Assembly (NCBI GenBank): GCA_964626705.1
Contig: CAZVGL010000001.1
Location: 87,643-151,642, forward strand
Length of the DNA: 64,000 nucleotides
Direction of reading: 5' to 3'
Source of the DNA: an uncultured Candidatus Saccharibacteria bacterium
GTDB taxonomy: Bacteria; Patescibacteriota; Minisyncoccia; Phycocordibacterales; UBA2163
The notes under the pieces were generated by a model. The model was not told the DNA's origin. It did not search any database and saw only the letters and a list, made by a program, of their open reading frames with translations. Positions 18,876-27,332 of the stretch are shown piece by piece. Every line of letters starts with the position of its first letter. Position 1 is the stretch's first letter. Position numbers and translations under genes: made by a program.

Positions 18876-19076
18876 ATGGATGACGCAGGAATGAGCAAAG
18901 GACTTATGTGGTTTCATGCAATCGTTCCAGCACTATTATTTTTTGGCTGTATAGGAGTTGTTGTATGGGCTTCTTTTGAAAGAGGTAAGAAAAAAGAATT
19001 AAAAAAAGAAAATAACAAATTAAAGAATGATGTAAACAGGCTTGAACGAGGGATATTAAGAAGTGATCACTGTTAA
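18876..19076 (+). CDS. Small single-TM protein with a C-terminal coiled coil (hypothetical)
   Basis: The RBS GAAGGAGG lies 7 nt upstream of the ATG at 18876. TM helix AIVPALLFFGCIGVVVWASF. The ORF-track start at 18810 is an upstream extension without an RBS. Confidence 0.5.
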   Translation: MDDAGMSKGLMWFHAIVPALLFFGCIGVVVWASFERGKKKELKKENNKLKNDVNRLERGILRSDHC

Positions 19077-19100
19077 TTTTTTTTGAAACGGAGATGACCA

Positions 19101-19373
19101 ATGATAGAACTACTTGATCATATGTATTCTGCAAATGATGAGCAAATGACGTATTTGGCAAAAAGGATAATAGAGGGATCTGAAGTAACAATTGGGTATA
19201 AAGAAGAAAAGGCTTGGCTTGATAAATATACTGAGAGACAGCTAGGGATACCTTTTGACTTTGCGGAGCTGTATTTGAAACTAGGCATAATCGAGTGTCA
19301 TTCTGGCAATAATGATACCTGGGAACGGCATTATCTATTTCCTTATGAAAGGGCTTCAAGAATCACTTTTTAG
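19101..19373 (+). CDS. Hypothetical protein (90 aa)
   Basis: The RBS GGAG lies 7 nt upstream. It has no recognisable family and is adjacent to the 18876 gene. Confidence 0.4.
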   Translation: MIELLDHMYSANDEQMTYLAKRIIEGSEVTIGYKEEKAWLDKYTERQLGIPFDFAELYLKLGIIECHSGNNDTWERHYLFPYERASRITF

Positions 19374-19574
19374 TTGCGCTTTATCAAAAAGTAGGGCAGA
19401 GGACTCACTAGTACGAGTTTTCTGCCTATTTTTATATTATATCTTGCGCTTTTATTTATGTTCTGGTACTATATATCACATATCGCCTTGTGCGCTTTTT
19501 GTTATGCGCGCGAGCTTTGTCGCTAAAAAGGGGGGATATTGGTAAATTTATTAATTATTAATACATAAATTATT

Positions 19575-20768
19575 ATGGCAGAAGCTTTTGACAGGTCAAA
19601 ACCTCACGTAAACGTAGGTACAATTGGCCACGTTGACCACGGAAAAACAACTTTGACTGCAGCTATCTTGCACGTTCTACAACTTGCAGGAATGACAGTT
19701 AAGATGAAAAAGGTTGACGAAATCGACGGTGCTCCAGAAGAAAAAGCACGAGGTATTACTATCTCACTTTCTCACAACGAGTACGCAACAGACGCTCGGC
19801 ATTATGCGCACATTGATGCACCTGGTCACGCCGACTATATTAAAAACATGATCACAGGAGCCGCACAGATGGACGGCGCTATTCTTGTGGTTGCAGCATC
19901 TGACGGTGTAATGCCTCAGACAAGAGAGCACATCTTGCTTGCAAAGCAGGTTGGTGTGCCAAAGATTATCGTATTTCTTAACAAAGTTGATCAGGTTGAC
20001 GACAATGACCTAGTAGACCTTGTAGAAGAAGAAGTTCGTGAACTTCTTACACAATACGAGTTTGATGGAGAAAACGCTCCAGTTATTCGCGGTTCAGGAC
20101 TTAAAGCTCTTGACGCAACATCAATGGATGACGAATGGGCAAAGAAAGTTATGGAACTTGCAACAGCTCTTGACGAATACATCCCACTTCCAGTAAGAGA
20201 GATGGATAAACCATTCCTAATGCCTATTGAGGACATCTTCTCAATCGAAGGACGAGGTGCGGTTGTAACAGGAAGGATCGAAAGAGGTGTAGTGAAGGTA
20301 GGTGAAGAAATCGAGATAGTTGGTATTAAAGAAACATCAAAAACTACAGTTACAGGTATCGAGATGTTTAATAAGCAGCTTGAAGAAGGTCAGGCTGGAG
20401 ACAATGCTGGTATCTTGGTTCGTGGTCTTAAAAAAGAAGAGATTCACAGAGGACAAGTGCTTGCAAAACCAGGTTCTGTAACACCTCATACTGAGTTTGA
20501 AGCAGAAGCTTACGTTCTTAAAAAAGAAGAAGGAGGACGACACACACCATTCTTTACAGGTTATAAGCCACAGTTCTACATCAGAACAACTGATGTAACA
20601 GGAGAGGCAACTTTACCTGAAGGAACAGAGATGGTAATGCCTGGAGACACAACAACATTCACAGTGAAGCTGGTATCACCAGTTGCCCTTGAAGAAAAGC
20701 AAAAGTTTGCTATTCGAGAAGGAGGTAAGACTGTCGGTGCCGGAGTTGTGACAAAGATCATTGCGTAA
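19575..20768 (+). CDS. tuf: Elongation factor Tu
   Basis: [21 protein letters not shown] and NKVD motifs; length 397 aa. Confidence 0.97.
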   Translation: MAEAFDRSKPHVNVGTIGHVDHGKTTLTAAILHVLQLAGMTVKMKKVDEIDGAPEEKARGITISLSHNEYATDARHYAHIDAPGHADYIKNMITGAAQMDGAILVVAASDGVMPQTREHILLAKQVGVPKIIVFLNKVDQVDDNDLVDLVEEEVRELLTQYEFDGENAPVIRGSGLKALDATSMDDEWAKKVMELATALDEYIPLPVREMDKPFLMPIEDIFSIEGRGAVVTGRIERGVVKVGEEIEIVGIKETSKTTVTGIEMFNKQLEEGQAGDNAGILVRGLKKEEIHRGQVLAKPGSVTPHTEFEAEAYVLKKEEGGRHTPFFTGYKPQFYIRTTDVTGEATLPEGTEMVMPGDTTTFTVKLVSPVALEEKQKFAIREGGKTVGAGVVTKIIA

Positions 20769-20776
20769 ACTTAAAT

Positions 20777-21148
20777 ATGACAACAGCGACAACTAAAACT
20801 AAAAAAGCGCCTGCTAAGAAAAAAGCGTCAAAAAAAGACGAAGCGCCTAAGATCCGAATCCGTGTTCGTGCATACGAGCATAAGATTTTGGACAGTTCTA
20901 TAAAACAAATTATAGACACAGTGCTTCGTTTTGATGCAAAGATAGTAGGACCTATACCGCTTCCAACAGAGATCAAGAAGTATACTGTAAACCGTGCATC
21001 ATTTGTTTACAAAGATGCTCGTGAGCAGTTTGAGATGAGAGTTCATAAAAGGGTTATAGATATCCTTAGCCCATCTCCAAAGATCATAGAAGCGCTCACA
21101 AACATGAGCTTACCGTCTGGAGTCAATATCGACATAAAGATGGTTTAA
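20777..21148 (+). CDS. rpsJ: 30S ribosomal protein uS10 with a ~25-aa Lys/Ala-rich N-terminal extension
   Basis: IRIRVRAYEHKILDSS...VNRASFVYKDAREQFEMRVHKR is the S10 core. It is preceded by TTATTKTKKAPAKKKASKKDEAPK. Confidence 0.93.
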   Translation: MTTATTKTKKAPAKKKASKKDEAPKIRIRVRAYEHKILDSSIKQIIDTVLRFDAKIVGPIPLPTEIKKYTVNRASFVYKDAREQFEMRVHKRVIDILSPSPKIIEALTNMSLPSGVNIDIKMV

Positions 21149-21160
21149 ACTAAGATACAA

Positions 21161-21193
21161 AAACCCCGCAGGCTCAGCCTGCGGGGTTTTTGA
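21161..21193 (+). terminator. Strong rho-independent terminator directly after rpsJ
   Basis: CCCCGCAGGC-TCAG-CCTGCGGGG followed by TTTTTG. Confidence 0.85.
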
Positions 21194-21287
21194 TTTGCTT
21201 TACAAAATGATCTGACTATGGCAAACTATCATCTGGTAGTAAAACGTTGTACTCTATTTTAATCAATCTTTGTAAAGAGGAGGCTCA

Positions 21288-21464
21288 ATGTCAGTATCAA
21301 AAAAGACAAAGAAGAAACCTATTGAGAAAGAAGAATTTTTCATCGGTGTGTGTAATGAATGCGGAAACGAAACCGTAAAAGTTTCAAGCCTTGTTATAAA
21401 ACATTGGACGGATAAATGTAAGATCGGCAGTTGTGATGGGAGATACACTTACATCGAGGTTTGA
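21288..21464 (+). CDS. Unannotated 58-aa Cys4 zinc-ribbon-like protein (the ORF track missed it because it is under 60 aa)
   Basis: A perfect RBS AAGAGGAGG lies 6 nt before the ATG. Translation: MSVSKKTKKKPIEKEEFFIGVCNECGNETVKVSSLVIKHWTDKCKIGSCDGRYTYIEV (CxxC...CxxxxC). The minus-strand ORF at 21263-21448 is its antisense shadow. Confidence 0.6.
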   Translation: MSVSKKTKKKPIEKEEFFIGVCNECGNETVKVSSLVIKHWTDKCKIGSCDGRYTYIEV

Positions 21465-21561
21465 TATCTAATCAGTAAAAAAAGTTTATAATCAGTTACG
21501 CTCGCATACCCTGCATCATAGTGGGTTTGCGAGCATTTTTTTGTATAAAATCACCAAAATC

Positions 21562-21762
21562 TTGCACCCAAAGGGCACGCCGGTTTGTGGCTGATCACTC
21601 CGTTCTCAGACAAACCGTTGCACCCAAAGGGTACTTGCAATTTGCTAGGCCAATCGCTACGCTTTTGGGCAAATTGGTTGCACGACTCGGATTAGACAGC
21701 CTCCATGCACGCCGGTTTGTGGCTGATCACTCCGTTCTCAGACAAACCGTTGCATTTTATTG
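21562..21762 (+). repeat. Second tandem array of the TTGCAC structured-repeat family (units of 56, 60 and 72 bp plus a terminal TTGCAT) immediately upstream of rplC
   Basis: Unit 1 (21562-21617) differs from unit 2 of the rpsL array at one position. Unit 3 carries a 25-nt insert after the head. The array ends in TTGCAT, which forms a -35. Confidence 0.85.
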
Positions 21763-21778
21763 AGTATTATAGTACTAT
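21750..21778 (+). promoter_or_regulatory. Predicted promoter TTGCAT-N17-TACTAT for the rplC sub-operon
   Basis: The hexamers and spacing fit. The -35 is the terminal repeat head. Confidence 0.5.
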
Positions 21779-21793
21779 ACAATCACTTATTTA

Positions 21794-21815
21794 GAAGCTC
21801 GTAGCTTCTTTTTTG
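21794..21815 (+). promoter_or_regulatory. Leader hairpin GAAGCTCGTAGCTTC plus U-run, 8 nt before the rplC ATG
   Basis: The same motif recurs before rpsS (24576-24598). It looks like an attenuator or r-protein operator. Confidence 0.45.
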
Positions 21816-21822
21816 TTGAAAT

Positions 21823-22419
21823 ATGGCTAAGTTTATCATAGGCACAAAACAAAATATGACTCAGATCTTCGATACGGAAGGGCGAGTTCACCCAGCAACT
21901 GTTATAAATGCAGAGCCTACTTCAGTGACTCAGATAAAGAACAAAGAAAAAGACGGCTATGAAGCTGTGCAGGTGGGTTATGGAGAAAGAAAAGAAAAGA
22001 ACATAAACAATGCTCAGAAAACAAAAGGAAACTTTGAAGGTTTTAAAGAATTCATCGGTGCTGGGGAACTTAAAGTTGGCGACAAGATCGACATCTCAAG
22101 TTTTGCAGAAGGAGAAGAAATAGAGATCTCTTCTATTTCAAAAGGTAAAGGTTTTCAAGGTGTAGTAAAGCGTCATGGTTTTCACGGAGGACGACGTTCA
22201 CATGGTCAGAAGCATTCGGAAAGAGAGCCAGGTTCTATTGGTGCAACAGGTCCACAAAGAGTATTTAAAGGAAAAAAGATGGGTGGCCGTATGGGAAGTG
22301 ATAGAGTGACTTTGAAAAAAGTTGAAATACTTCAGATCGACAAAGACAATAATCAGCTTGTAGTAAGAGGTGCGGTACCTGGAAGAAGAGGGACTGTAAT
22401 AGAAATAAGCGCGCAATAA
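21823..22419 (+). CDS. rplC: 50S ribosomal protein uL3
   Basis: L3 family; length 198 aa. Confidence 0.95.
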   Translation: MAKFIIGTKQNMTQIFDTEGRVHPATVINAEPTSVTQIKNKEKDGYEAVQVGYGERKEKNINNAQKTKGNFEGFKEFIGAGELKVGDKIDISSFAEGEEIEISSISKGKGFQGVVKRHGFHGGRRSHGQKHSEREPGSIGATGPQRVFKGKKMGGRMGSDRVTLKKVEILQIDKDNNQLVVRGAVPGRRGTVIEISAQ

Positions 22420-22431
22420 TTTTAATATTAT

Positions 22432-23154
22432 ATGGAAACTAAAGTATACAATTTAGAAGGAAAAGAAACTGGAAAGGTATCATTACCCGAAAGTGTTTTT
22501 GGTTTACCATGGAATGATGACCTAGTGCATCAGGTGGTTGTATCTCAGCAGAGTAATTTGCGAACTCCTATAGCTCATACTAAAGATAGAAGTGAAGTAC
22601 GAGGTGGTGGTAGAAAACCATGGCGTCAGAAAGGTACTGGGCAATCTCGACATGGGTCAAGAAGATCTCCTATATGGCGTGGAGGAGGTATTACTTTTGG
22701 TCCTCGTAACGATAAGGATTATGGTAAGAAGATCAACAAGAAGATGAAAGCAAAAGCGCTTCTCACAATACTTTCACGAAAGTTCAAAGACGGTGAAATA
22801 ATATTCGTAGATTCACTTTCATTTGCAGAACCAAAGACGGCTAAAGCAAAAGAAGTTGTCACTAATCTTTCAAAGATAGCCGGGTTTGATACACTTGCTA
22901 CAAAGCGAAAAAACGCAGCATTGTTTGCACTTGGTACTAAAGACAAAAATACAGAAAAGAGTTTTCAGAACTTTGGAAGTATTTCAGTTGATGAAGCTCG
23001 TAACCTAGACCCACTTGATATTCTTACATACAAATATCTAATAGTTTCAGAGCCTAAAAATATAGTTAATTTCTTAGAAAGTAAATTACCAAAAAAAGAA
23101 GTGGCTAAAAAGGAAGTTAAAGCTGAAGTAAAGAAAGAGGTAAATAAAAAATAA
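22432..23154 (+). CDS. rplD: 50S ribosomal protein uL4 with a Lys-rich C-terminal tail
   Basis: L4 family; the tail reads ..KKEVAKKEVKAEVKKEVNKK. Confidence 0.94.
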   Translation: METKVYNLEGKETGKVSLPESVFGLPWNDDLVHQVVVSQQSNLRTPIAHTKDRSEVRGGGRKPWRQKGTGQSRHGSRRSPIWRGGGITFGPRNDKDYGKKINKKMKAKALLTILSRKFKDGEIIFVDSLSFAEPKTAKAKEVVTNLSKIAGFDTLATKRKNAALFALGTKDKNTEKSFQNFGSISVDEARNLDPLDILTYKYLIVSEPKNIVNFLESKLPKKEVAKKEVKAEVKKEVNKK

Positions 23155-23155
23155 T

Positions 23156-23566
23156 ATGGCATTGTTTGGATCAAAAAAGAAAAAAGAGGTTGCAGATAAA
23201 CCTAAAAAGGAGGTTAAAGCAGTGAAAAAAGCTGTAGCTAAAGCTCCTGCAGTTGCTGTGAAGCCACAAGCTAAAGGTGCTGATGGTATGTTTGCTCATA
23301 TTTTAGTACAGCCACGTATTACTGAGAAAGCTACTGAAAAGGCAGAGACTGGCGTATATGTATTTGAAGTTGCAACAAATGCTACAAAGAAAGAAATAGG
23401 AAGTGCTGTAAAGCATTATTACAATGTGACACCTATTAAAGTAAATATTGTAAAGATCCCTTCAAAGAAGATAACTTCAAGAACTACTCGTAAAACAGGT
23501 ACAAGACCTGGAGGTAAGAAAGCATATGTCTTTCTTAAAGAGGGGGATAAAATAGAGATTGTATAA
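23156..23566 (+). CDS. rplW: 50S ribosomal protein uL23 with a ~40-aa Lys/Ala-rich N-terminal extension
   Basis: The core AHILVQPRITEKAT..YVFEV is L23. Confidence 0.93.
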   Translation: MALFGSKKKKEVADKPKKEVKAVKKAVAKAPAVAVKPQAKGADGMFAHILVQPRITEKATEKAETGVYVFEVATNATKKEIGSAVKHYYNVTPIKVNIVKIPSKKITSRTTRKTGTRPGGKKAYVFLKEGDKIEIV

Positions 23567-23575
23567 TAAATTTTT

Positions 23576-24418
23576 ATGAAGAAATATAAACCAACAACAC
23601 CAGGAAGACGAGGAATGACAGGTATTTCATATCGAGATATTTTAACTACGTCAAAACCATATAAGCCACTGACTCGTGGTGTTAATCGTTCTGTGGGGCG
23701 AAACAGTGACGGTAGGATAACAACTCGACACAAAGGCGGAGGGCATAAAAGAGTGTGGAGAGAAATAAGTTTTAAATACGACAAACGAGAAGTTGTAGGG
23801 ACTTTGACAACTATTGAATATGATCCAAACAGATCAGGATTCATATCACTTGTATCATACAAAGATGGAGAAAAGAGATATGTACTTCTTCCACAGACAA
23901 TGAAGGTTGGCGACACTATAGTAGCTTCAGCTGAAGCTAAAGTGAAAGTAGGTAATTCATTACCACTTAATAAGATCCCTGTAGGTACTTTTGTATACAA
24001 TGTAGAGATCAAGCCAGACAGTGGTGCAAAGATCGCACGTTCAGCTGGTAACTATGCAGAGGTTATTGCAAACGACGGTGGCTTCGTACACTTGAAGATG
24101 CCATCATCTGAGATACGAAAAGTAAGTGAAAAAGCTTGGGCATCTGTTGGTGAAGTAAGTAATGACGAACATAGGCTTGTGAACATCGGTAAGGCAGGGC
24201 GAGCACGATGGATGGGGAGACGGCCGACAGTGCGTGGTTCTGCTATGAACCCAGTAGACCACCCACATGGTGGTGGAGAAGGGCATGCAGGCCGTGGACG
24301 ACGACGAGCTATCTCTAAATGGGGTAAGCCGACAGGTAAAGGACAGAAGTCACGAAAACCTAAGAAATATTCAAATCAACTTATCGTTAAAAGAAGAAAA
24401 GTTGGAAAGAAAAGATAA
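23576..24418 (+). CDS. rplB: 50S ribosomal protein uL2
   Basis: L2 family; length 280 aa; HPHGGGEG motif. Confidence 0.96.
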   Translation: MKKYKPTTPGRRGMTGISYRDILTTSKPYKPLTRGVNRSVGRNSDGRITTRHKGGGHKRVWREISFKYDKREVVGTLTTIEYDPNRSGFISLVSYKDGEKRYVLLPQTMKVGDTIVASAEAKVKVGNSLPLNKIPVGTFVYNVEIKPDSGAKIARSAGNYAEVIANDGGFVHLKMPSSEIRKVSEKAWASVGEVSNDEHRLVNIGKAGRARWMGRRPTVRGSAMNPVDHPHGGGEGHAGRGRRRAISKWGKPTGKGQKSRKPKKYSNQLIVKRRKVGKKR

Positions 24419-24427
24419 TATTAAAAA

Positions 24428-24464
24428 CAAAAACACCGAGGTTTAACCTCGGTGTTTTTGTTTG
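24428..24464 (+). terminator. Rho-independent terminator after rplB
   Basis: AAACACCGAGG-TTTAA-CCTCGGTGTTT followed by TTG. Confidence 0.85.
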
Positions 24465-24541
24465 TTACGTAGCATGTTACGTAACAAAAAGCTGTTAAAT
24501 AGCTTATCTTATGTTGAAATGAGGGATTTAGCTGTTTTTTG

Positions 24542-24570
24542 TTGACATTGCGCTGTAATTTGGTAATATT
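24542..24570 (+). promoter_or_regulatory. Predicted promoter TTGACA-N16-TAATAT for the rpsS sub-operon
   Basis: It has a consensus -35 and a near-consensus -10. Confidence 0.55.
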
Positions 24571-24575
24571 CTGTA

Positions 24576-24598
24576 AAGCTCGTAGGAGCTTGTTTTTA
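24576..24598 (+). promoter_or_regulatory. Leader hairpin AAGCTCGTAGGAGCTT plus U-run before rpsS
   Basis: The sequence and position match the rplC leader hairpin. Confidence 0.45.
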
Positions 24599-24607
24599 TA
24601 GTTAAAT

Positions 24608-24952
24608 ATGTCACGATCACTCAAAAAAGGTCCATATGTAGATGAAAAGCTTCTCAAGAAGGTTGAGGGCAAGAAACCCGACGAAGTCAAAGGGCCTATT
24701 AAGACGTGGGCACGACGAAGTCAGATATCACCTGAGATGGTGGGCTTTACATTTGGTGTTCATAACGGAAAGGAGCATATAGAAGTGTTTGTTTCTGAAG
24801 AAATGGTGGGACATAGACTTGGAGAGTTTTCAGCTTCAAAGAAGTTCTTGCGACATGGAGGTAAAATACAAAAAGAACTCGATCAGAAAAAGAAAGAATC
24901 AGAAATAACAGCAGCTAAAGCAGCTAAAGAAGCAGGAGACTCTAAGAAATAA
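24608..24952 (+). CDS. rpsS: 30S ribosomal protein uS19 with a Lys/Ala-rich C-terminal extension
   Basis: The N-terminus [20 protein letters not shown] is S19. Confidence 0.94.
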   Translation: MSRSLKKGPYVDEKLLKKVEGKKPDEVKGPIKTWARRSQISPEMVGFTFGVHNGKEHIEVFVSEEMVGHRLGEFSASKKFLRHGGKIQKELDQKKKESEITAAKAAKEAGDSKK

Positions 24953-24957
24953 TTATC

Positions 24958-25392
24958 ATGAAAGCACTTCTTAAAAACTATAGACAAGCACCACGTAAAG
25001 TTCGCCTTATTGCAAACCTTGTTCGTGGTAAGAAAGTTGATAGAGCTCTTATACTTCTATCTGCTACAGATAAAAAGGCAACACTACCTTTTAAGAAGTT
25101 AGTAGAGTCTGCAATAGCAAATGCAAAAAGTTCAGGTGCTAAATCTGAAGATTTGATAGTAAAAGAAATACAGGTAAACGAAGGTATAGTTTTCAAAAGA
25201 TACAAGCCACGAGCGCGCGGTAGGGCTTCAGCAATACGAAAAAAGACAAGTCACATCTCTGTTATTTTAGAAGAAGGAAAGAAGAAGGTTGAAAAAGCAA
25301 AAGTTGAGACTAAAAAGACAGAGGTTAAAAAGGTTGCAAAGAAGGCCGAATCTGTAAAGAAATCAGCAGTTAAGAAAACAGTTAAAAAATAA
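24958..25392 (+). CDS. rplV: 50S ribosomal protein uL22 with a Lys-rich C-terminal tail
   Basis: L22 family; length 144 aa. Confidence 0.93.
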   Translation: MKALLKNYRQAPRKVRLIANLVRGKKVDRALILLSATDKKATLPFKKLVESAIANAKSSGAKSEDLIVKEIQVNEGIVFKRYKPRARGRASAIRKKTSHISVILEEGKKKVEKAKVETKKTEVKKVAKKAESVKKSAVKKTVKK

Positions 25393-25393
25393 T

Positions 25394-26062
25394 ATGACAC
25401 ATACAGTACATCCATATGCACATAGACTAGGTATTTTAAGAGATTGGAAATCTCGATGGTTTTCTGCTGATCCAAAACGATATCGTGAATTTATAAAATG
25501 CGACACTACTATAAGACAATTTTTACAAAAGAGACTGCGAGGATTTTATATAAGTTCTATTGAGATAGAGCGAGGAGAAAAGAAATTAAGAATTATTATA
25601 AAGACATCACGTCCTGGTATGATCATCGGACGAAGTGGGGACGGTGCTACAAAACTTAAAAACGACATTGAAAAAGTTATCGCAAAGCTTAGCCTTACAG
25701 ACAAACAGGATATAAAACTTGATATAGAAGAAGTTAAGAACCCTGAATCCAATGCTGCTATAGTAGGGCAGATGGTAGCTGAAGCTCTTGAGAAGAGGAT
25801 GACATTTAGACGTGTGCTAAAACAAACTGTAGAGAAGGTTATGGCAAATCGTGATGTGGTAGGAGTGAGGATCGTCCTTGGAGGGCGCTTGGGAGGAGCT
25901 GAGATGGCACGAAAGGAACAAATCAAGAAAGGGCGTATCCCACTTCAGACTTTTAGAGCGGATATTGATTTTACGCGAGAAAAAGCATATCTTCCATATG
26001 GAGTGATAGGTATCAAGGTATGGATATATAAAGGAGATGTTTTTGCTGATGGTAAGAAATAA
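25394..26062 (+). CDS. rpsC: 30S ribosomal protein uS3
   Basis: Has a KH domain; length 222 aa. Confidence 0.95.
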   Translation: MTHTVHPYAHRLGILRDWKSRWFSADPKRYREFIKCDTTIRQFLQKRLRGFYISSIEIERGEKKLRIIIKTSRPGMIIGRSGDGATKLKNDIEKVIAKLSLTDKQDIKLDIEEVKNPESNAAIVGQMVAEALEKRMTFRRVLKQTVEKVMANRDVVGVRIVLGGRLGGAEMARKEQIKKGRIPLQTFRADIDFTREKAYLPYGVIGIKVWIYKGDVFADGKK

Positions 26063-26072
26063 TAATTAAAAT

Positions 26073-26492
26073 ATGTTATTCCCAAAGAAAGTAAAATATA
26101 GGAAGTGGCAAACAAGCCGCAAGAATCCTAAAAAGATCAGTCCAGCAACACGTGGCAACACTCTTGCTTTTGGCTCTTTTGGCCTGAAGTCTATGAAGGC
26201 TGTTCGCATAAGGTCAAACCAGATCGAAGCTGCACGAAGAGTGATCTCAAGAGCTATGGGAAAAAACGGAAGAATATGGACACGTGTATTCCCAGACCGA
26301 CCTTATACTGCAAAAGCAGCTGAGGTAGGTATGGGTAAAGGAAAGGGTGACCTGCAAGGGTATGAGTTCCCAGTACTTCCAGGGCATATACTTTTTGAGA
26401 TAGACGGTGTAGATGAAGCTATTGCACGTGAAGCGCTTAGGAAGGCAACTGCAAAGCTACCGCTTACAGCTAAAGTAATAAGTAGAGTTTAA
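26073..26492 (+). CDS. rplP: 50S ribosomal protein uL16
   Basis: L16 family; length 139 aa. Confidence 0.95.
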   Translation: MLFPKKVKYRKWQTSRKNPKKISPATRGNTLAFGSFGLKSMKAVRIRSNQIEAARRVISRAMGKNGRIWTRVFPDRPYTAKAAEVGMGKGKGDLQGYEFPVLPGHILFEIDGVDEAIAREALRKATAKLPLTAKVISRV

Positions 26493-26500
26493 ATATTAAT

Positions 26501-26692
26501 ATGGCAAAGAAAATAGATTTAAAAAATAAGAGTGATAAAGATTTACAGAAAGATCTCGCAGACAAACGAGAGAATGTTCGTACATTTCGATTTGGTGTTG
26601 CAGGAAGTAAGGTGCGTAATGTAAAAGAAGCGAAGAATATAAAGAGAGGTATTGCGCAGATCCTAACTGAAATAAGTTCAAGAAATAAATAA
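26501..26692 (+). CDS. rpmC: 50S ribosomal protein uL29
   Basis: L29 family; length 63 aa. Confidence 0.92.
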   Translation: MAKKIDLKNKSDKDLQKDLADKRENVRTFRFGVAGSKVRNVKEAKNIKRGIAQILTEISSRNK

Positions 26693-26693
26693 T

Positions 26694-26954
26694 ATGGAAA
26701 ATAAGACAGAACAAAAAAATATTGTAAAAAAACAAAAAACACTTTCTGGTGTGGTTGTTTCAGACAAGATGACAGACACAGCTGTCGTTGCTGTAGAGAG
26801 GTATGTAAAACACCCTAAGTATGGTAAGTTCATAAAGCGAGTAAAAAGGTATAAAGCTCACGATAAGGACAATCAGCATAAAGTGGGTGAAAAGGTAAGT
26901 ATAGAACAAACACGACCTATCTCTAAAGACAAGACTTTTAAGATAATAAATTAA
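26694..26954 (+). CDS. rpsQ: 30S ribosomal protein uS17
   Basis: S17 family; length 86 aa. Confidence 0.93.
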   Translation: MENKTEQKNIVKKQKTLSGVVVSDKMTDTAVVAVERYVKHPKYGKFIKRVKRYKAHDKDNQHKVGEKVSIEQTRPISKDKTFKIIN

Positions 26955-26955
26955 T

Positions 26956-27327
26956 ATGATACAGCCACAAACATTAGTAAAAGTGACAGACAACTCCGGA
27001 GCGAAGATCGGGCGAGTTTTCAAAGTGCTCGGAGGTTCAAAAAAACGATATGCACGAATAGGTGATATCGTGGTTTTGTCTGTACAGACTGCAGAGCCTA
27101 GAAAGATGGTTAAAAAGAAGGAAGTACTAAGGGCTGTTGTGGTAAGACAAAAACAGCCTTTCCGAAGAAAAGATGGTTCATATATTTCATTTGATGAGAA
27201 CTCTGTTGTGATAATAGATAAAGAAAAGAAGGAACCAAAAGCAGGACGAGTCTTCGGACCTATCCCTAGAGAGATAGGTGAGCTTGGATATCAGAAGATA
27301 GTGTCACTTGCACCTGAAGTAGTATAA
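26956..27327 (+). CDS. rplN: 50S ribosomal protein uL14
   Basis: MIQPQTLVKVTDNSGAK..; length 123 aa. Confidence 0.96.
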   Translation: MIQPQTLVKVTDNSGAKIGRVFKVLGGSKKRYARIGDIVVLSVQTAEPRKMVKKKEVLRAVVVRQKQPFRRKDGSYISFDENSVVIIDKEKKEPKAGRVFGPIPREIGELGYQKIVSLAPEVV

Positions 27328-27332
27328 ATATT

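Noticed and set aside
21263-21448. 61-aa minus-strand ORF
   Set aside because: It is the antisense shadow of the plus-strand Cys4 ORF, which has a perfect RBS and a coherent protein sequence.
21521-21763. 80-aa ORF (MGLRAFFCIKSPKSC...)
   Set aside because: It is simply the tandem repeat array read in one frame. Its internal duplication VADHSVLRQTVA mirrors the DNA repeats, and it has no RBS.
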